Shown: positions 58,417 to 64,000 of the stretch, one piece after another | Numbering within the stretch: the stretch's first letter is position 1 | Layout of the letters: each line of letters starts with the position of its first letter | DNA from: Candidatus Dietzia intestinigallinarum | Lineage (GTDB): Bacteria; Actinomycetota; Actinomycetes; Mycobacteriales; Mycobacteriaceae | NCBI GenBank assembly: GCA_019119875.1 | Contig: DWWG01000012.1 | Span: 25,214 to 89,213 of the forward strand | Length of the DNA: 64,000 bases | Direction of reading: 5' to 3' | Translations under genes and position numbers: made by a program | Notes under the pieces: generated by a model | The model's database searches: none | What the model saw: the letters and a program-made list of their open reading frames with translations, nothing else | Told to the model about the DNA's origin: nothing

Positions 58417-59040
58417 ATGTATTCACGGACCGTGCACGGAACGATGATCGACTCGGAGGCGGATCGCGAGGCGGTCGTGGGTACCGCCCGGTTCGATGCC
58501 ACAGGCGTGTCCGCGGACATGCCCTCCTGGTCGGAGCTGGTGGCCCAGCACGGTGACCGCGTCTACCGTCTTGCCTTCCGACTCTGCGGGAACGCGCACG
58601 ACGCGGAGGACATCACCCAGGAGGCGTTCATCCGGGTGTTCCGGTCCCTGGACAGGTACAAGCCGGGAACGTTCGAGGGCTGGATGCACCGGATCGTCAC
58701 CAACCTGTTCCTCGACATGGCCCGCCGCCGCGCGCGTATCCGCTTCGAGTCGCTTCCCGAGGATGCCGAGCGGGTTCCCGGTCGTGCCCGCAGCCCGGAG
58801 CAGGTCCTCTCCGAGGAGAGCTTCGACCCGATCCTGCAGACGGCGCTGGCCAATCTCTCGCCGGAGTTCCGCGCAGCGGTGGTGCTCAGCGATATCGAGG
58901 ACCTCAGTTACGAGGAGGTGGGTCGGATTCTGGGCGTCAAGATGGGGACCGTTCGTAGCCGCATCCACCGTGGTCGCGCTGCGCTGCGGGCCGAGTTGGA
59001 GGCCGCCGGGGTCACCGGGGTACACAGCCGCGTCGACTGA
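58417..59040 (+). CDS. sigE: ECF sigma factor SigE
   Basis: RBS GGAGGAG; [36 protein letters not shown]. Confidence 0.95.
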   Translation: MYSRTVHGTMIDSEADREAVVGTARFDATGVSADMPSWSELVAQHGDRVYRLAFRLCGNAHDAEDITQEAFIRVFRSLDRYKPGTFEGWMHRIVTNLFLDMARRRARIRFESLPEDAERVPGRARSPEQVLSEESFDPILQTALANLSPEFRAAVVLSDIEDLSYEEVGRILGVKMGTVRSRIHRGRAALRAELEAAGVTGVHSRVD

Positions 59041-59056
59041 CAGGGCCCGAGCAGTC

Positions 59057-59084
59057 GGGAACCAGGGCGGGCCCCCGGACGTTG
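59057..59084 (+). promoter_or_regulatory. SigE/SigH-type promoter upstream of rseA-htrA-tatB
   Basis: GGGAAC-N17-CGTTG. Confidence 0.75.
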
Positions 59085-59140
59085 TTCCTGCCGACGAGGT
59101 TCTGGCGGCCCACGGATGCCAGCGGACAGGAGAGCGTGCG

Positions 59141-59596
59141 GTGGAACGACGACAGCCGGGAGGCGAACCCGCCCCCGAGTTCCGACTCTCCCGGGACGCC
59201 GCCCGTCGCGTGACCGATCAGACCGGCCCGCCACGCCCGCGTCGGACGTTCCTGTCGACAGACCACCTGTCGACCGAGGCCGCCGCCGCGTATGTGGACG
59301 GCCGGCTTCCGCAGGGGGGCCGGCTCCGGGCCGACGCCCATCTCGAACTCTGCGACCAGTGTCGACGGGAGGTCGACGATCAGCGCGAGGCCCGGCGCGC
59401 GCTCCGTGGTTCCGGCCCCATCCGCATGCCCAGCGACCTGCGGGACCGACTTCGCGACCTCGAGGGGCTCGGTCGGATCGCGCCGGACCCTGAACCCGAC
59501 GATGGGCGGCAGCGGCCCGAGGAGGACACCGGCGACGTCGGCCGGGGCGGCCCGTGGTCGAGGCTGCTGCGACGACTCCGCGGTCCCGGCCACTAG
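59141..59596 (+). CDS. rseA: anti-sigma-E factor
   Basis: STDHLSTEAAAAYVDG and ZAS motif HLELCDQC. Confidence 0.9.
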   Translation: MERRQPGGEPAPEFRLSRDAARRVTDQTGPPRPRRTFLSTDHLSTEAAAAYVDGRLPQGGRLRADAHLELCDQCRREVDDQREARRALRGSGPIRMPSDLRDRLRDLEGLGRIAPDPEPDDGRQRPEEDTGDVGRGGPWSRLLRRLRGPGH

Positions 59597-59606
59597 GGTG
59601 GGCCGG

Positions 59607-61124
59607 GTGGAGGACCAGACAGGTGTGCCCGGCCGCGCGGGAGGGGACGACGGCCCCGACCGCCCGCTGCGTGAGCCCGCGCCCATCGACCGCCCGGGGG
59701 TCGACGACGACGTCGCCGCGCGCTTCTCCCGTCCCGCCGGCGTCACCGGCGGATTCGACCCCCGTCATACCGCCACCGACACCCCCGTCGAGCCCGGAGG
59801 ACCGCCCGAGGCGGACCCGGCGTTGGCCCGTGCCTTCGGCCCGCCGCCGGGCGCGGAGCGCGGTATCGAACGCCATCCGGACTGGCAGGACGAGGTCGCC
59901 GCACCCCAGCCCCCGCAGCCGGACCCGTGGCGCGATCCGCACGCCCCGGTGGGTTTCGGAGCGCCGGCCGTGGAGGCTGCCGACGTTCCCGGACCCGTCG
60001 ACCTGACCGGGGCAGCGGAGCCGCCGGCGCCCCGGCTCTCACTGTCCGAGGCGCTGTTCGAACGCCGACTGAGCAGGCAGGCGCTGGCGGGGGCGACCGC
60101 GGTCCTCGCCGTCGTCGCCCTCGCCGGCGGCGCCATCGGTGCCGTCGTCGCGGACAACGCCCGGGTCCTCACCACCTCGACCGTCCGGATCTCGGACGCC
60201 CCGGAGAACGTGCTGCGGCCCGAGAACACGGTCGGTGAGGTGGCCGGGAAGGTCCAACCGGCCGTGGTCAGCATCCAGGTGTCCACCGCGTCCGCGCGCG
60301 GTGAGGGATCCGGAATCGTGATCGACCCGCAGGGCTACATCGTCACCAACAACCACGTGGTGACCATGGACGGCGCGGCCGACCGTGCGGACATCGACGT
60401 GGTCTTCTCCGACGGCTCCCGGGCGCCGGCCGAGATGGTGGGTCGCGACCCCGCGACGGACCTGGCCGTCCTCAAGGTCGATGACGTGCAGAACCTCACC
60501 GTCGCCACCCTCGGCAATTCCGACGAGGTCGAGGTCGGCGAACAGGTCATCGCGATCGGCTCCCCGCTCGGGCTGGTCCGCACGGTGACCGGGGGGATCG
60601 TCTCCGCGATCCAGAGACCGATCGCGCTCGGCGAGTCCACCTCCGACGGAGATGTGGTGATCGACGCCATCCAGACCGACGCCGCCATCAACCCCGGCAA
60701 CTCCGGCGGGCCCCTCATCGACGGCTCGGGCGCGGTGATCGGGATCAACACGTCGATCTTCACCCAGACCGGGGGATCGATCGGACTGGGTTTCGCGATC
60801 CCCGTCAACGACGTCCGCACCGTTGTGACCGAGCTGATGACCGAGGGCTCCATCCAGCACGCCACCATCGGCGTCAACGCCCGCAAGGCCGACAACGGGT
60901 CGGTCGAGGGTGCCGAGATCGTCAACGTCCGGGAGGGTTCTCCCGCGCAGGAGGGGGGCCTCCGCGAGGGCGACGTGGTGACCCGGGTGGGTGATCGCGC
61001 CGTCCGCTCGTCCGATGAGCTCGTGGTGGCCGTGCGCCAGGCCGGCGCGGACGTCGACGTCCCGGTCGAGGTCATCCGGGGCGGCACCAGGGTCGAACTG
61101 ACGGTACGACCGGTCCTGGGGTAG
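59607..61124 (+). CDS. htrA: HtrA-family serine protease with PDZ domain
   Basis: TM, VTNNHVV, DLAVLK, TDAAINPGNSGGPL, C-terminal PDZ; start approximate. Confidence 0.93.
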   Translation: MEDQTGVPGRAGGDDGPDRPLREPAPIDRPGVDDDVAARFSRPAGVTGGFDPRHTATDTPVEPGGPPEADPALARAFGPPPGAERGIERHPDWQDEVAAPQPPQPDPWRDPHAPVGFGAPAVEAADVPGPVDLTGAAEPPAPRLSLSEALFERRLSRQALAGATAVLAVVALAGGAIGAVVADNARVLTTSTVRISDAPENVLRPENTVGEVAGKVQPAVVSIQVSTASARGEGSGIVIDPQGYIVTNNHVVTMDGAADRADIDVVFSDGSRAPAEMVGRDPATDLAVLKVDDVQNLTVATLGNSDEVEVGEQVIAIGSPLGLVRTVTGGIVSAIQRPIALGESTSDGDVVIDAIQTDAAINPGNSGGPLIDGSGAVIGINTSIFTQTGGSIGLGFAIPVNDVRTVVTELMTEGSIQHATIGVNARKADNGSVEGAEIVNVREGSPAQEGGLREGDVVTRVGDRAVRSSDELVVAVRQAGADVDVPVEVIRGGTRVELTVRPVLG

Positions 61125-61187
61125 ACGCGCCCCCCGCGGTGGCGTCCCGTTCCCGCCGCCGGCCCGGACGACGTATCCTCGACAGCG

Positions 61188-61649
61188 ATGTTCACGAACG
61201 TGGGGTGGTCCGAGCTCCTGGTGCTCGGGGTGGTTGCGCTGGTCGTCCTGGGGCCCGAGCGTCTCCCCGAGGCCGCCCGCTGGCTGGCCTCGATGATCCG
61301 CAAGGTCAAGGAGTTCGCGGGCAACGCCCAGCAGCAGCTCAAGGACGACTACGGGACCGACCTCGAGGAGTTCAGCGAGCCGCTCAAACAGCTCAACGAG
61401 CTGCGCGGCCTGAGTCCGCGTGCGATGGTCACCAAACATCTGCTGGACGGCGACGACTCGTTGTTCACCGGCAACTTCGACTCCGCCGCCCCCGCGGGCG
61501 GTGCCGCCGTGGCAGGTGCGCAGGGCGGCGAGCCCCGTCGGTCCACCGCGCCACAGTCGGAGCCGCCTGCCCGACCGGCCGCCGATCCGGCGCCTCCCGC
61601 CCAGTCGGCGCAGACCGACGGGCAGTTCTGGGACACCGACGCCACCTGA
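61188..61649 (+). CDS. tatB: Tat translocase subunit TatB
   Basis: MFTNVGWSELLVLGVVALVVLGPERLP. Confidence 0.95.
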   Translation: MFTNVGWSELLVLGVVALVVLGPERLPEAARWLASMIRKVKEFAGNAQQQLKDDYGTDLEEFSEPLKQLNELRGLSPRAMVTKHLLDGDDSLFTGNFDSAAPAGGAAVAGAQGGEPRRSTAPQSEPPARPAADPAPPAQSAQTDGQFWDTDAT

Positions 61650-61735
61650 CCGCGCACTGACCGGCGGGCGCTCCGACCGCGGCGGTGCGGGCCACCGCGC
61701 CGGCTCACATTCTCCAGAGCCTTCAGAGGTGACGG

Positions 61736-62875
61736 TCAGAGGTGTCGGGTGGTGTCGATCCCCAGGTTCATGCCGGCCAGACCCCGCGGACGCACCGCGA
61801 GTCCGTCGGCGATCTCCCGGAACGCCTTACCCGAGGGCGAATCCGGCTCGGCCAGGACGATGGGCGTGCCCTCGTCGCCGTGCTCGCGGACCGCCTGCTC
61901 CAGCGGGACCTGCCCCAGGAGCGCGACCGGCGCACCGACGGACCGGGACAGGTTGGCCGCGACCTCCTCGCCACCGCCGCTGCCGAAGACATCCATCCGC
62001 GTGCCGTCGGGCAGCTCCAACCACGACATGTTCTCGATGACGCCGGCGATCCGCTGACGGGTCTGCAGCGCGATCGAGCCCGCACGTTCGGCCACCTCGG
62101 CTGCGGCCTGTTGCGGAGTGGTCACCACGAGGATCTCCGCGGACGGGATCAGCTGGGCGATCGAGATGGCCACGTCGCCGGTGCCGGGCGGCAGGTCCAT
62201 CAGGAGGACGTCCAGGTCGCCCCAGTAGACGTCCGCCAGGAATTGCTGCAGTGCTCGGTGGAGCATGGGCCCACGCCACACGACCGGAGTGTTCCCCTTG
62301 GTGAACTGGGCGATGGAGATGACCTTCACCTCGTGGGAGACCGGCGGCAGGATCATCTGTTCGACCTGGGTGGGGCGTGCGTCGGTCCCCAGCATCCGCG
62401 GGATCGAGTGGCCGTAGATGTCTGCGTCGAGAACTCCCACCGACAAGCCGCGTTCGGCGAGTGCGGCCGCGAGGTTCACCGTGGCGGTGGACTTGCCGAC
62501 CCCGCCCTTACCGGAGGCCACCGCGTAGACGCGGGTGAGGTTGCCGGGCTGGGCGAACGGGATCACGGGCTCGGCGGTGTCGCCGCGCAACTGCTTGCGC
62601 AGCTCCGTGCGCTGCTCGTCGCTCATCACATCGAGGTCCACGTTGACCTCGCCGACACCGGGGACGTCGGACACGGCGTCCCGGACCCGGTCGGCGATGG
62701 TGTCCTTCATCGGGCAGCTGGCGACCGTCAGGTAGATGCCCACGTCGACCCTGCCGGTGGCGGGATCCACCTCGACGCCCTTGATCATGCCGAGCTCGGT
62801 GAGCGGCTTACGGATCTCCGGATCATCGACCTTGGCCAGCGCGGCACGGATCGATTCTTCGCTGGGTGCACTCAT
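61736..62875 (-). CDS. mrp: Mrp/ApbC Fe-S cluster carrier ATPase
   Basis: DPEI N-terminal domain, ASGKGGVGKS, DADIYG, WRGPM, DLPPGTGD. Confidence 0.95.
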   Translation of the reverse strand: MSAPSEESIRAALAKVDDPEIRKPLTELGMIKGVEVDPATGRVDVGIYLTVASCPMKDTIADRVRDAVSDVPGVGEVNVDLDVMSDEQRTELRKQLRGDTAEPVIPFAQPGNLTRVYAVASGKGGVGKSTATVNLAAALAERGLSVGVLDADIYGHSIPRMLGTDARPTQVEQMILPPVSHEVKVISIAQFTKGNTPVVWRGPMLHRALQQFLADVYWGDLDVLLMDLPPGTGDVAISIAQLIPSAEILVVTTPQQAAAEVAERAGSIALQTRQRIAGVIENMSWLELPDGTRMDVFGSGGGEEVAANLSRSVGAPVALLGQVPLEQAVREHGDEGTPIVLAEPDSPSGKAFREIADGLAVRPRGLAGMNLGIDTTRHL

Positions 62876-62914
62876 GATGCCCCGAGTCTAGGCGTCACGG
62901 CACGTGGTGACGAT

Positions 62915-64000
62915 TCAGGCCGGAGGCGGAACGCAGAACGGCGGGATGCAGGGCAGCTCGATCACCGGCAACCCCGGAGCCGCGGGTGGCGGCGGCGGGG
63001 CCGGGGCCACCTCGGTCTCCTCGGCCACCGGCGCGGGCGGGGTGGGTGCCGGCGGCTCCGGAGACGGGGGCTCGGACGGTGCAGGGGTCTCGGTGCAGCC
63101 CGGAACCGGGGGCTCGGGCTGGCCGGGCTCCGCAGGCTCAGGGGCGGCGGTCGGCGTCCCCGTCCACCCCTCGGGGCAGTGCTCCGGTGCCTCGGGCGGC
63201 TCGACCGTGGGCTTGGGCTGGTGGATCTCCGGAAGATCCGAGGGCAGCGGGAAGGCGTTCACCGCGTAACCGTGCGCCCAGGCGTTGACGTTGGCGACGT
63301 AGGCGAGGGAGTTGTTGTACGCGAGCACCGCGCGGGTCCGCGCCGAGGGGTCGGCCATCGAGCCACCCTGGTTGCACAGCAGGGTCGCGGCGGCGAGCGC
63401 ACCGTCGTAGATGTTGTTGGGGTCCGCCACACCGTCGCCGTTCCCGTCGCGTCCCAGACGCTTCCAGGTGGACGGGATGAACTGGACCGGGCCGACCGCG
63501 CGATCGAACTCGGGGTCTCCGTCGAACCGGCCGCCGTCGGTGTCGGTGATCACGGCGGTGCCGGGCAGCGAGCCGTCCAGGCGCGGCCCGAGGATACGGC
63601 CGATCGTGTTGCCCTGCGCGTCGAACCTGCCACCGCCCTGGTTGGACTCGACCTGCCCGATCCCCGCGAGCAGCGTCCAGTCCATCTCACACGCGGGCTG
63701 CTCGGCGTTCAGACGGTCGGCGGCCCGCTGGTAGGCGTCGAGAGCGATTCCCGGGATCCCCAGGGGGCCGTCCGGGATCGTGGCCGGCTGGATGTGCGCG
63801 GCCGCCGGGTCATCTGCGGGCGCGGGCTCCTCCTCGGGGGAACGTTCTGCCTCCTCCGTGCTCGTCGTGGTGGGACCCGCGGTGGCGGAGGAGGTGGTCC
63901 CGGGGGCGGATTCGGCGAGCGGGGTGATGTCCGGAGCATCGGGTGGACTGGTGTCCATGGACAGGCCGACGGTGGCCACCACCGCGATGGCGGTCGCGGT
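62915..64000 (-). CDS. lytic transglycosylase-domain protein (Rv1230c-like), 5' end outside window
   Basis: Frame open to the window edge; LLAGIGQVES, AVGPVQFIPSTW, YNNS; Pro-rich tail. Confidence 0.88.
   Translation of the reverse strand, partial: TATAIAVVATVGLSMDTSPPDAPDITPLAESAPGTTSSATAGPTTTSTEEAERSPEEEPAPADDPAAAHIQPATIPDGPLGIPGIALDAYQRAADRLNAEQPACEMDWTLLAGIGQVESNQGGGRFDAQGNTIGRILGPRLDGSLPGTAVITDTDGGRFDGDPEFDRAVGPVQFIPSTWKRLGRDGNGDGVADPNNIYDGALAAATLLCNQGGSMADPSARTRAVLAYNNSLAYVANVNAWAHGYAVNAFPLPSDLPEIHQPKPTVEPPEAPEHCPEGWTGTPTAAPEPAEPGQPEPPVPGCTETPAPSEPPSPEPPAPTPPAPVAEETEVAPAPPPPPAAPGLPVIELPCIPPFCVPPPA

Noticed and set aside
1-64000. Mobile elements, prophage, CRISPR, tRNA/rRNA, anti-phage defence genes
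   Set aside because: No transposase, integrase or phage motifs, no spaced repeat array, no RNA-gene signatures and no obvious low-GC island seen by eye; a tRNAscan/Rfam/DefenseFinder run would be the definitive check.

Overview
High-GC (about 70%) chromosomal window from a mycolic-acid actinobacterium (Mycobacteriales; a Dietzia-like genome is my inference). I see no rRNA, tRNA, CRISPR array, transposase, integrase or phage gene. The right half (about 33.6-64 kb) is conserved core, collinear with M. tuberculosis Rv1151c-Rv1230c: cobB, Rv1157c-like, typA, lpqW, mshB, fbiC, fdx, dapC/D/E, two LOG genes, folP2, DivIVA-domain, DUF3117, glgA(M)/glgC, O-methyltransferase, sigE-rseA-htrA-tatB, mrp and a lytic transglycosylase. 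It carries an extra YdbS/YdbT-like pair, and gpgS and tagA are absent from their usual positions. The left half (1-33.5 kb) is accessory-type: an asymmetric heterodimeric ABC exporter, a broken RibD-like gene, dodecin, MFS/MarR, DinB, a cation antiporter, two LLM oxidoreductases, ilvD, SDR, phoU, nitrobindin/DUF488/DUF808, CPBP, Bcr/CflA, two stand-alone LGFP lipoproteins, class I fumarase, pcm, an IdeR-boxed siderophore ABC operon and aqpZ. The best candidate for an uncharacterised system is the operon at 14122-18636 (DUF4242 protein, non-canonical acyl-CoA-dehydrogenase-fold protein, NitT/TauT ABC transporter with a Tat-signal binding protein). Its predicted -35 element is overlapped by a near-perfect McbR-type box (TAGAC-N6-GTCTG), suggesting uptake and use of an unknown sulfur compound. 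MprA, SigE/SigH, IdeR and MarR-type sites are readable directly. Family assignments come from motif recognition, not database searches; many starts were re-picked from RBS and overlap evidence and are approximate.
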